Below are positions 48,125 through 57,132 of a DNA stretch of 62,716 bases, in pieces. The stretch is from contig CAZOOU010000001.1 in assembly GCA_964581495.1 (NCBI GenBank), forward strand, positions 1 to 62,716. The letters run 5' to 3'. A program made the position numbers and the translations under genes. The DNA comes from an uncultured Haloferacaceae archaeon. Lineage in GTDB: Archaea; Halobacteriota; Halobacteria; Halobacteriales; Haloferacaceae. The first letter of the stretch is position 1; each line of letters opens with the position of its first letter. A model generated the notes under the pieces. The model saw only the letters and a program-made list of their open reading frames with translations, was not told where the DNA came from and searched no databases.

Positions 48125-49609
48125 CTACTCCGTAGTTGAGGGAGCAACATACGACCACAGCTGTTCGATATCGATCACACCCCAGGCGGCCGACAGCGTC
48201 AACCAGATGCCCGACCCAACGCCAATAACCGCAAGTAGCGTCACCACACCGGTAACGTACGGCAACAGCAGCCACACACCGGCTCCCATAACCCCTGCGA
48301 TAGCGAAAATACGGGCGACCGGGCGAGTCACCTCAGTAAACCGAATCGGTAGCTCGCTTTTGATGATGTACACACACAGAATCGTGTACGAACCAAAGGT
48401 GACAACCGAGGCCATCGCCGCACCGGTCGCACCGTAGATCGGGATCAAAAGCAGGTTGAGCGAGACGTTTCCGATCGCCATCCCGCCTTTGAAGATGGCT
48501 CGAATCCGAGCCCGACCCAGATAATCCAGGCTGTCGGTCGTGATCTTGTTGACCGAGTTGGCCAGAATGAACAGGCTAAATACCTGTATTACTGTCGTTG
48601 CACCAAGATAGTCCGGGCCAAAGATGTGGAGCAACATCGGTTCGGCGACCAGGATCAACCCCACGGTGGCCGGAATGTAAAATATCAGAATATGCTCCAG
48701 AGAGTATTCGTACAGTCGCGCAGCGCGTTCGAGACGGTCGCCGGCTTTGTCTTCACCAAACGCCGGCGAAATGGTAAATCCGAGCGAACTCGCCGGAGCA
48801 ACACAGGCATCCGAGACCTGCTTTGCGACCGCATAAAATGCCGCCGGCGTCAGTCCGGCGAGCGCGGTCACCAGGATGGTGTCTATCTTTTTGTCAATGA
48901 CGGTCGCCCCGCGCGTGGCTGTCAGCGGCACGCTGTACTCGGCGATTCGTCGTAAGAGTCCATCTTCGATGCTCGGGGCAGTCGGCAGTTGCGTATAAAA
49001 TCGCGTATACAGCAGCCAGCCACCGACACCAACCGACAGTACAAACCCGAGCAGATAGCCCGCCAACGCGCCCCAAACACCAAAGCCAATGAGAACAAGC
49101 CCCACCGCAAACACGAGTCGACCGATCTGTGCGGTCGCAGTAACCACTGCGCTCAGTGCGATTTCGTTGAGCCCCTGAAAAATGCTCGTCAGATACTGGT
49201 GGAGTGACTCGAAGACCACATATATCGCCGCTAAAAACAACAGTGGTGCGATCGCTTCCTCGTTGGCGAGCGCGGCAATCTGTGTGTTGAACACAACGAG
49301 TCCGGCGGCAGTCACCAACCCAAATCCGATTATAAACCCCACAGAGGCTTTGAGAATCAGTGGCACCTGTGCGGGATCGGTTTCGGTGTACTCTGTTACA
49401 TAGCGAGCAGCCGACGAGGGCAAGCCGAGTGTCGCAAACATCGAGGCCACACCGACCACCGAAATAACCGTATACAGGAGGCCATACTGGTCGGTCGTAA
49501 ACAGAAACCGCGTGAGAATCAACAACAGCAGCGCGTTGGTGATGATGTCGACGATTCGCGCGCCGAAACTGGCTTTGACGCCGCTGGCAATGCGGTTGGC
49601 AAACGACAT
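48125..49609 (-). CDS. polysaccharide flippase (Wzx/MOP family)
   Basis: about 14 TM, YGL, IDTILV, FYAVA, LLIPIYGATGAAMAS. Confidence 0.9.
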   Translation of the reverse strand: MSFANRIASGVKASFGARIVDIITNALLLLILTRFLFTTDQYGLLYTVISVVGVASMFATLGLPSSAARYVTEYTETDPAQVPLILKASVGFIIGFGLVTAAGLVVFNTQIAALANEEAIAPLLFLAAIYVVFESLHQYLTSIFQGLNEIALSAVVTATAQIGRLVFAVGLVLIGFGVWGALAGYLLGFVLSVGVGGWLLYTRFYTQLPTAPSIEDGLLRRIAEYSVPLTATRGATVIDKKIDTILVTALAGLTPAAFYAVAKQVSDACVAPASSLGFTISPAFGEDKAGDRLERAARLYEYSLEHILIFYIPATVGLILVAEPMLLHIFGPDYLGATTVIQVFSLFILANSVNKITTDSLDYLGRARIRAIFKGGMAIGNVSLNLLLIPIYGATGAAMASVVTFGSYTILCVYIIKSELPIRFTEVTRPVARIFAIAGVMGAGVWLLLPYVTGVVTLLAVIGVGSGIWLTLSAAWGVIDIEQLWSYVAPSTTE

Positions 49610-49612
49610 TGA

Positions 49613-51418
49613 TTAGGCCTCGTTGCGGAGCAGGTACAGTGTGAAATCGCCGTTGTCCTGGACGCGGTAGATGTTGGATTCACGCTCCAGTTGGTCGAAG
49701 CCATCGCTGCTGAACCGGAGTCCCTCGTAGAGCTCGGTTTCGATCTGTCGGTTTGCCTCCCGTATCGCCAGATACCGATCAGTATCATAGAACTCTGCCA
49801 GATTCTCATTGAACGCTGTTTCGTTGACCCCCGTTCGATAGCCGGGGAAGTTCATCGCTTCGCGGGCGGTCGGTCGACCGTAGTAGGCGTCGACATACCG
49901 TCTCGGGCCGCTTCTCGGCGAGACGAACGCCGTCTCTTCGGCGCGGTGTTCGAAGGCGATCTCATAGCCATCCATCGAGCTTTCGGGGACCTGGTTGTTG
50001 GACTGATAATAGTACGGCGAAGGGTGGACAGCCAGCCCCTGCATCACCAACATGACTGCAAACAGTAGTACGAGCCCGCTTGCGACGGTTTTTCGTGAGA
50101 TCGACAGACTCGCTCTGTCAGCGGCTTCCGAGACTGCTGTGGCCCCGAGAATCGCTACGGAGACCATTATAAAGCCCATAAACCGGAAGTAGTGGTCACC
50201 CTGATCGGCAAGAAAGACGATCAGAAACACGAGGGCAAGCGGAACTAACCCTGCGGTGAGATACGTAACCAATGCCGAGCGCCCGGCGGTTTTTTTCTCG
50301 AGTCGACCCAGCATGTTGAGCCCAACGAGCCCCGCCGCACACAGCCCGACAATCAGCGTCACGAGCAGTAGCTTGATGAATAGCTCTTCGATGCTGCCGC
50401 CGAGCGCGGCCAGCGAAGCAGTTTGGGCTTCTGCCTCGCCGCCGGTTGTCGTGCCGGCCTCTTGGAACTGTGCAATAACGAACCCGATTCGGTCTATCGG
50501 CCGATCATGCTGTGGGAGCCACGAGGCAAACACGAGAAACGTCGCCAGCGTGTGGGCGTAGATCGGTCTGTGGTGGGCGATTCTGTCGGTCGGTCGAAAC
50601 CGTCTGTAGCTGAACTGGACAACCGATATCGCACCCAACAGCAACACGAGACTCATCGACTCCTGTGGATGGATGAACACGAGTGCGACACAGGCGATCG
50701 CAAGCGCGATTCCGGTCGGCGTGGCGAATGCAAACCGGTCTGACTGTTCGTTGACGAACCGAAAAACGAGATACAGGACCAGAGGCACGAACAGAATCGC
50801 CTGGCTGGAGGGGTGGGCCATCAGGTGAACCGAGAGGTTGTTGACCGGAACCAACAAAAGCCCCGTCGCGATCCCGACCGGCACTGCCCACTGGCTGTCA
50901 GTGAGATACTGCACACAGAACGTCATAAACACGACGCTCAGAAGGGGGAAGACGACAAGCGGAATAAACTGTAGCGTGTAGGTCAACTCGAACCCACTGA
51001 GCACAGTCAGATACGTCGAAAGCGAGTGAACGGCGGGATAAATAAACCCGAACGTGCTTCCGGTTCCTGCTTCGAGCTCGCGTGCCCATCCCAGATGTGT
51101 CATCGAATCGCCAGCACCATAATAGAAATAGCCTCGAATAATCGGCAACGCGAAGACGGCCATCACGGCACTCGTTGTGAGTGCGAAGCCAGCCGTCCGG
51201 AGTCGCTGGGAGACTCCGGGTGCAAACGCCGCACTAAGTCCGATCACACCCGCAACGACAGTGCCGATCCAAAATGTAATTGGCGTCGACCGGTAGAGCG
51301 ACAGCTCATACCCCGTTGCTGGTCGGCTGTGGGCGGCCACAAGCGCAATCGCAAACCCAAGAAAGCCGACTGCCAACAGTACCTTCAGTATCGTCGCCTG
51401 GCGTCTCGTATCACTCAT
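49613..51418 (-). CDS. polytopic membrane protein, GT-C/polymerase candidate
   Basis: about 12 TM, GDSMTHLG and YP..H loop motifs, soluble C-terminal domain; operonic with the flippase. Confidence 0.65.
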   Translation of the reverse strand: MSDTRRQATILKVLLAVGFLGFAIALVAAHSRPATGYELSLYRSTPITFWIGTVVAGVIGLSAAFAPGVSQRLRTAGFALTTSAVMAVFALPIIRGYFYYGAGDSMTHLGWARELEAGTGSTFGFIYPAVHSLSTYLTVLSGFELTYTLQFIPLVVFPLLSVVFMTFCVQYLTDSQWAVPVGIATGLLLVPVNNLSVHLMAHPSSQAILFVPLVLYLVFRFVNEQSDRFAFATPTGIALAIACVALVFIHPQESMSLVLLLGAISVVQFSYRRFRPTDRIAHHRPIYAHTLATFLVFASWLPQHDRPIDRIGFVIAQFQEAGTTTGGEAEAQTASLAALGGSIEELFIKLLLVTLIVGLCAAGLVGLNMLGRLEKKTAGRSALVTYLTAGLVPLALVFLIVFLADQGDHYFRFMGFIMVSVAILGATAVSEAADRASLSISRKTVASGLVLLFAVMLVMQGLAVHPSPYYYQSNNQVPESSMDGYEIAFEHRAEETAFVSPRSGPRRYVDAYYGRPTAREAMNFPGYRTGVNETAFNENLAEFYDTDRYLAIREANRQIETELYEGLRFSSDGFDQLERESNIYRVQDNGDFTLYLLRNEA

Positions 51419-51490
51419 ACTTTGTGAAAGCCTTGGCCACCAAGCAGGTGATACAAGGCTGAACTGTCAGACACTGTCGCCGAAACCGCC

Positions 51491-51498
51491 TTTGTTAT
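51491..51498 (-). promoter_or_regulatory. ATAACAAA motif upstream of the GT-C/flippase operon
   Basis: exact TTTGTTAT. Confidence 0.6.
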
Positions 51499-51655
51499 GT
51501 ATCGCCTTGTGTGGGTCGCCGTCACAACCATGAGACACAGACCGCACGCAGCCGCCTTTTCTGCGATGATTCCGCATATCGGCCTGTTCGTTGCTTGCGG
51601 CTGGTAGCATCCGAATACGCTACAGTAGTGACATCCTACTCGACGGATAGCTGAC

Positions 51656-52990
51656 TCATCCACAGTCGGATCCCGTCAGCGCGAGACTATCGGCCTCGAT
51701 TGGCTGTGTTCGTAGTGACGTGATCTCGGATGTCGACTCACGAAGGACGACCGGCTCGCCGGTAATATTGAAGTAGCTGTTTTCGACGGTGTTGTCGTTC
51801 GATCGGAGGAGTTCGATCCCGTTTCGGTTCTGTCCTGTTTGGTGGACACAGAGGTTATCGAACCGAGAGCCGTCTCTGTCGACGATGTACACCGCCGAGT
51901 CGTTTGCCGCCGACCCCGTGATCCGGACGTTCTCACACTGAAACCCGGTGGTAGAGTCGCTGTCAGCGACCGATTCGGTCGGTGCTTTGGCTCTGAGTGC
52001 GTGGATGGTGTCGACATCGATTCGGATCTCGGTATCGTACACTTCTGCTGCGTTGAGATCCGACGACAGCTCGATGGCTCCATCGCTGCTGGAGGCGTCG
52101 ATAATCTCGACCGTACAGTCTCTGACGACTGCTGGAGGAGCATCCGGATCCGGCGCGTAGTTGGTTAGTCTGATTCCTCGCATATTTCGGAACCCTTCGG
52201 GAGAGTGATCACATCGCACGTGGACGTTCTCGACGAGCGAGCCGGCCCGCACGCGGACGTTTGAGATGCCGCTGTTGGCATAATAGCCGCCGCGGACGAC
52301 CATGCGGCCACCGGGTGGATCAGCATACAGGCCGTTGTCCGGAAACCCCTCGATACGACAGTCAATAAAACGAATATCGCCCTGGTTTCTGTTGCCGATA
52401 TAGCAGCCGGAGATCGTCGAGCCTGCTGCGGCTCCATCCGGTGCTGAGAGTCGCTCGATTAGTCCCTCCCCATCGGAGTCGGTGACATCAAAACGGAAGA
52501 GATTCGGGCCTTTGTCTACGGTTCCGGTGACGCTGAGATCACGAACGACGAGGTCATCGGTGATCTGGGCATCCAACACCCGACCGCCCGTCGACGGCGC
52601 GGTAAGATCGAACGACAACCCCTCGACCCGAAGGGTTGCAGGCCGATCTCGGCTGTGAAGATGAAACAGATGGCTTTCGAAGCCTTCGTCGACAACGATC
52701 GTCGCTTCCGGGCCGAAAAGCGACAACTCCCTAAAGCCGTCGACCGACCACGTCTCGCCAAGCGCGTACCGACCGCTCGGAAAGTAGATCGCGGCTGCGT
52801 CTTCGGCAGCCGACTCAAGTGCCGGCAGTATGGACTCTTCGCCGGTCGGATCACCGCCGTGGTCTGTAATATCGACCGCCTCATCTGGAATCCCTCCGTC
52901 GGACGGCCGAAAACGGGACAGACAGCCAGCTGTAGCCCCGCTAGCGATGCCACAGGCCCCCGCCAACACGTGGCGTCGAGTGAGATCCAT
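51656..52990 (-). CDS. Tat lipoprotein with right-handed beta-helix (pectin lyase-like) fold
   Basis: TRRHVL twin-Arg, TAGC lipobox, DITDHGGDPTG..., IYFPSGRY, FPDNGLY repeats. Confidence 0.83.
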   Translation of the reverse strand: MDLTRRHVLAGACGIASGATAGCLSRFRPSDGGIPDEAVDITDHGGDPTGEESILPALESAAEDAAAIYFPSGRYALGETWSVDGFRELSLFGPEATIVVDEGFESHLFHLHSRDRPATLRVEGLSFDLTAPSTGGRVLDAQITDDLVVRDLSVTGTVDKGPNLFRFDVTDSDGEGLIERLSAPDGAAAGSTISGCYIGNRNQGDIRFIDCRIEGFPDNGLYADPPGGRMVVRGGYYANSGISNVRVRAGSLVENVHVRCDHSPEGFRNMRGIRLTNYAPDPDAPPAVVRDCTVEIIDASSSDGAIELSSDLNAAEVYDTEIRIDVDTIHALRAKAPTESVADSDSTTGFQCENVRITGSAANDSAVYIVDRDGSRFDNLCVHQTGQNRNGIELLRSNDNTVENSYFNITGEPVVLRESTSEITSLRTQPIEADSLALTGSDCG

Positions 52991-53017
52991 CTCCTAGCTC
53001 TACAGACACAGACACGT

Positions 53018-53025
53018 ATTGTTAT
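53018..53025 (-). promoter_or_regulatory. motif variant ATAACAAT, 28 nt before ATG52990
   Basis: ATTGTTAT on the + strand. Confidence 0.55.
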
Positions 53026-53083
53026 ACAGCTACAATCGAATTTCAGATTCGAGTCGACTGTTTAGGATGTCCCTACTGGCGGC

Positions 53084-53464
53084 CTACCCGCGAGATTCGA
53101 TTACCTCTTGGCTGCCGTCCGCGTTGACTGCGATTACCTCAAAGCTTCCGCTCTGGATGGTTGCCTCATCGCCGACAAAATTGAGCGTTTCTACTTCCTC
53201 ATCGTCGACCATAATCCGCAAGGAGCGTGCCTCTCCTTCGTCTGCCCATCGGACTCGGGTCGAGCCATCTGGTTGGGTTTCGGTTAACACGCTGGCTGCT
53301 GTCGTCTCTGCATCGGTATTGAAATTCCGGTCTTCAAACTCGCCGGTGACGACCGCAGCGCCGACGACACCCGCAACTGATGCGGCTGAGATAACCAACA
53401 CGGCAACGCACCAAAAGTTGATAACGTCAACGGTGGCGCGTTTTGAGTTGGTATGCGTGGTCAT
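53084..53464 (-). CDS. small membrane-anchored protein, possibly a divergent type IV pilin
   Basis: KRA followed by a hydrophobic helix (class III signal-like), then a short acidic beta domain. Confidence 0.55.
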   Translation of the reverse strand: MTTHTNSKRATVDVINFWCVAVLVISAASVAGVVGAAVVTGEFEDRNFNTDAETTAASVLTETQPDGSTRVRWADEGEARSLRIMVDDEEVETLNFVGDEATIQSGSFEVIAVNADGSQEVIESRG

Positions 53465-53697
53465 CAGTGGTCTCCTATAGGATTGTGGACGAGAGTAGTT
53501 GGTAACTAACGGGGCGGCATGGATAAAAAGTCACCGTCCTAATTCTCAACAGAGTGGATTCGCTCAATCGACCGTCCGGATCTCCTCGGAGCTGCGGTCC
53601 GGTTTGTATCTATACGACTGGTAACAACCACCTGTTCGCGCTCAGTGTGGTATCGTTCGTATAACTATAGCTGAGAGTTCCCACAGCTACCGTACCG

Positions 53698-54834
53698 ATG
53701 CAACAGTACGGCTCGGAGCTACACAGCCTCCTGTCGGATGCGTTTGAAGGGTGGGGATCAGAGGCGTATTTCACTTGGAAATACACTGCGTATCCGGACT
53801 ACAAACCGCAGGCAGACAACTTTACCATCCGAAACGATGCAGGTCGTATCGTAGCCGCACGCCGCGTGTTTCGTCACCAAATCCACACGCCGACCGGCGA
53901 GTTGCTGTCGACTCATATTCACGGCGGCACTGCAGTTGCGGAGGCCTATCGCGGTCGAGGATACTATACGGAACTACTGGAGGAATCCCGAGCCCAAACC
54001 GAACGCGATGCCGACTGTCTGGTGACGTTTAATCGCGCGGGCAAGATCACCACTAAACACCATAAGAAAAACGGCTGGAACTGGTTTCGCCTTCCCGTCT
54101 ATGCGTCGGTTATCTCTCCGTCTCGTGTCTTTTCTAAATATATGATAGAAAACGATACGCTATCGAACACTATCGGCTATCTGTCGGCCGTCGACCGAAC
54201 ACTCACTCGGAGCAATCTCGTATCACGTTCGATGGCGACCGTCGCCGATCGACTGTATGGTGACCCAAATCGAACCACAGCAGACGGCCAAAAATCGGCG
54301 CTTGACTGGGGTTATGCGGACCAAGACTCTGGTAACAGATCCAACGGCGAGCGGTCAGATTCGACGGTGACGATCACTCAATCCGATGGAGTGCCCGCCG
54401 CGTCGACTGTCTCTGAACTTCACGAACTGCTCCAGACACAACTCACAGGAAAATATCATTTCAGTCGATCAATCGAGCGACTGAAACATTGCTTGTCGTA
54501 TCCCTCGGCGACAGTGTTTGTCGCTCGTGATGCCGACGGCACGCTCATTGATTTCGCTGTCGCCGGTGTCCTTGATAAAGACGGGTTTACCGAATGTCGC
54601 GTGCTCGAACAGACATGGAGACGGCCGTCGATCACACGCACCCTGTTCGATGCGGTCGAAGCCCACGCCCGACAGCAGGGTGCTGATGTAGTCGTCGCGT
54701 CGACAGCCAACCAGCCGGCTGCACACTGGATTCCGCTGGGAACCGAATACATGATGTGGCCCCCGACTGGCCGCAGTGCGGACCTGCCCACCGACCCTGC
54801 CGACTGGCGGGTGACGATGTACGATATTCTTTAG
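53698..54834 (+). CDS. GNAT family N-acetyltransferase
   Basis: YFTWKY, TAVAEAYRGRGYYTELL acetyl-CoA binding motif. Confidence 0.8.
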   Translation: MQQYGSELHSLLSDAFEGWGSEAYFTWKYTAYPDYKPQADNFTIRNDAGRIVAARRVFRHQIHTPTGELLSTHIHGGTAVAEAYRGRGYYTELLEESRAQTERDADCLVTFNRAGKITTKHHKKNGWNWFRLPVYASVISPSRVFSKYMIENDTLSNTIGYLSAVDRTLTRSNLVSRSMATVADRLYGDPNRTTADGQKSALDWGYADQDSGNRSNGERSDSTVTITQSDGVPAASTVSELHELLQTQLTGKYHFSRSIERLKHCLSYPSATVFVARDADGTLIDFAVAGVLDKDGFTECRVLEQTWRRPSITRTLFDAVEAHARQQGADVVVASTANQPAAHWIPLGTEYMMWPPTGRSADLPTDPADWRVTMYDIL

Positions 54835-55799
54835 GTCCGTGATGCGATCGCACGGTGGTAGACTGCAACGAGACGGTCGATCTGGGCGCGCAGGCTGATC
54901 TCGCGGATCTGTTCTCGTCCGTTCGACCGTTTGCCAGCCGCCAGCAACTCGACGAGCGACTCGGTGAGTTCGCTATCGGTGGTGTGAACCGCCGTCTGCG
55001 AAACGCCCGCGAGCCGGTCGGCCACGTCACCGACGTCGACCGAGACGATCGGGAGGTTACAGGCCATTGCCTCCTTGATTGAGTTGGGCGATCCCTCCCG
55101 CTGGGAGGTCAACAACAGCACGTCGGCAGCGTTCATATATGTGTACATCTTCTCGTGTGGCACGCCGCTGACCGTATGAAGTTCGACCCGGCGGTCGAGA
55201 CGCGGCGCGGCGGCGTCGACGATCCGTTCAGCCCGTGGATAGTTTTTGACACCCCGCGATTTTGGGTACGGAAACAGCACGTGGTACGCCTCGGGGTCCC
55301 AGCCGAGGTCGGTCTGACAGATGTCCTGTGGTTCGGGTCGGAACCGGTCGAGATCGATTCCATGAGCGATCACATGACACTCGCAGTCGAGTTCGGCGGC
55401 CATCTCCGGGGACATGACGATCACCTCGTCGGCGAGCGTGGCTGACCACCGGCCAACCGAGCCGTAGGTGCCGAGCAGATCGCTTCCCCACAGCGAGACG
55501 ACGGTTGGATGAAACCACTGGAGAACTGCGGGCGGTGCCGACAGCCCGTAGTTGGCGTGGACGACATCGTATGTGCCGCGGCTGGCTCGCAGTGCTGCCG
55601 CATAGAACCGCGCATAATCGGTGATCGATCTGGATTCGTCGTCTCTGTCCGGCACCGTGACGATGTCGACCTCGATGCCACGGGCGCGGAGTGATTCGAT
55701 CTGTTGGAGATAAAACCGTGCGCGGTGGTTCGTGACGAGACTCAAAATCCGGAGGTCGCTGTCGGCTGTCGTCGTGGCTGTGGATTGTGTTGTCGTCAT
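54831..55799 (-). CDS. glycosyltransferase family 4
   Basis: HANYG, WGSD, GIDLDRFRP, KNY, EGSPNSIKEAMAC; start MTTTQS. Confidence 0.92.
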   Translation of the reverse strand: MTTTQSTATTTADSDLRILSLVTNHRARFYLQQIESLRARGIEVDIVTVPDRDDESRSITDYARFYAAALRASRGTYDVVHANYGLSAPPAVLQWFHPTVVSLWGSDLLGTYGSVGRWSATLADEVIVMSPEMAAELDCECHVIAHGIDLDRFRPEPQDICQTDLGWDPEAYHVLFPYPKSRGVKNYPRAERIVDAAAPRLDRRVELHTVSGVPHEKMYTYMNAADVLLLTSQREGSPNSIKEAMACNLPIVSVDVGDVADRLAGVSQTAVHTTDSELTESLVELLAAGKRSNGREQIREISLRAQIDRLVAVYHRAIASRT

Positions 55800-56845
55800 C
55801 GCTTTTCGTGAGCGTCGGCTGCGTCGGCAATAATCTCGAGAAGATACGCGGTAACGTCGACGGTTTCTTCGAGCAGTCGATCGCGTCGGGCGGCCCACTG
55901 GTCGTCGACGCCGGCTGTTGTCGCCAGCTCGATGGCTCGGTCGTGGGCCGCCTCCTCGTCGGCGGTTGACTCGACGAGGCCGCGGTTTTGGAGTTGGACG
56001 AACACGCCCAACTGCTCGTCGGTTGCATGGGAGTTGGCTCGAATCGTCGGCGTGCCCAGCAGCGCGGCCTCGGTGGCCATCGTTTCGCTGTCGCCGACAA
56101 ACAGATCCGCAAACGCCAACAGATGATGGATGTCTTGGGGCGGCACAGGAACGCCAAACGCGCTGAGTTCCGGCGGCAACGGTCGCTCCGAAGAGATGTA
56201 GACCGTCCCGTGTTCGGAGAGCGCTTCGGCGAGTTGCTGTTTGGCGTGGCCTGAAAAGCCGGCGCGCTCGATGTCGTGGTGTGCCCCCATCGAGACGAAC
56301 CGAAGCACGAAGTACGTCTCAGTGGGGTCGACGCCGTGTTCGCGGAGCCGGTCGGCGTCGGGTTCGAACCAGTTGGGATGGAGATACGCGAGCTCGTCGA
56401 ACCCTGGATGGTAGTGGTGGTTGTCGCCGAACTCCTGGCTGAAGTGTTCGGAAGTACACCAGTAGTCGACGAACGGCGCGATGAGTTTCGCCACCTTCCA
56501 GGAGTACTCGGTGTCCGTGACGACGACGCTGGTGGCGCCGGTGAGTGCGGCTGCATGGACTGCCGACGGTAGCGCGCGGCTGACAACGACATCCGGATCG
56601 AACTTCCGAGTGTATCTGATTGTTCGGAACTCACGGAGCGTCCATTCTGAGACGAGCTCGGCTGTCGTCGTCCCCTTGGTCGACAGTGGGGTGTGTTCGA
56701 TGCCGTAGGCGTCGAGCAGCTCCGTCGTTACCTCCTTGTTTCGGGAGGCGACGGCGACGGTGTGGCCCTCGTCGACCAGCGTTCGAATCGCGTGTTTGAA
56801 CAGATGGACATGGGCCGGATGCGTTACGTCGAACTGAACACGCAT
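55796..56845 (-). CDS. DUF354 GT-B-fold protein (UDP-GlcNAc 2-epimerase-like)
   Basis: DVTHPAHVHLFK, ELAYLHP, DSETMATEAALLGTP. Confidence 0.85.
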   Translation of the reverse strand: MRVQFDVTHPAHVHLFKHAIRTLVDEGHTVAVASRNKEVTTELLDAYGIEHTPLSTKGTTTAELVSEWTLREFRTIRYTRKFDPDVVVSRALPSAVHAAALTGATSVVVTDTEYSWKVAKLIAPFVDYWCTSEHFSQEFGDNHHYHPGFDELAYLHPNWFEPDADRLREHGVDPTETYFVLRFVSMGAHHDIERAGFSGHAKQQLAEALSEHGTVYISSERPLPPELSAFGVPVPPQDIHHLLAFADLFVGDSETMATEAALLGTPTIRANSHATDEQLGVFVQLQNRGLVESTADEEAAHDRAIELATTAGVDDQWAARRDRLLEETVDVTAYLLEIIADAADAHEKR

Positions 56846-56889
56846 TACTGATCAGGATGTCGGCGGCGGTCGATTCGCTGTACAGTCAT
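56845..56889 (-). CDS. putative 14-aa bridging ORF (MTVQRIDRRRHPDQ)
   Basis: ATG overlaps the upstream ORF stop (ATGA); TAA overlaps ATG56845 (TAATG). Confidence 0.45.
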   Translation of the reverse strand: MTVQRIDRRRHPDQ

Positions 56890-56948
56890 CGGTCGAGGCC
56901 TCGCTTGACCCGCTGGCCGCTGTCGATCGTGGGGTGCATAATACTCAT
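56886..56948 (-). CDS. putative 20-aa leaderless ORF (MSIMHPTIDSGQRVKRGLDR)
   Basis: ATG 26 nt after the motif at 56974. Confidence 0.48.
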   Translation of the reverse strand: MSIMHPTIDSGQRVKRGLDR

Positions 56949-56973
56949 GCAGTCGTTGGGGACCGTTCGACTG

Positions 56974-56981
56974 TTTGTTAT
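56974..56981 (-). promoter_or_regulatory. ATAACAAA motif
   Basis: exact TTTGTTAT. Confidence 0.66.
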
Positions 56982-57132
56982 GGTCTTCCTACCGCACGGC
57001 TGGCACCGCGCCCGCAGTGGATTCGCGGTCGACGAGACGCAGGCGTTTCTCGAACGCCGGATCGTCGACGATCCGTACTATCTCGTCAGTCGAGTGGCCG
57101 ATCGACGCGACAGCGGAACCCTGTCCAATTAG

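Noticed and set aside
51415-51663. 82-aa ORF bridging the beta-helix gene and the GT-C-like gene
   Set aside because: It overlaps both neighbours, but its composition is atypical and it spans the promoter motif at 51491, so coding status is unsupported.
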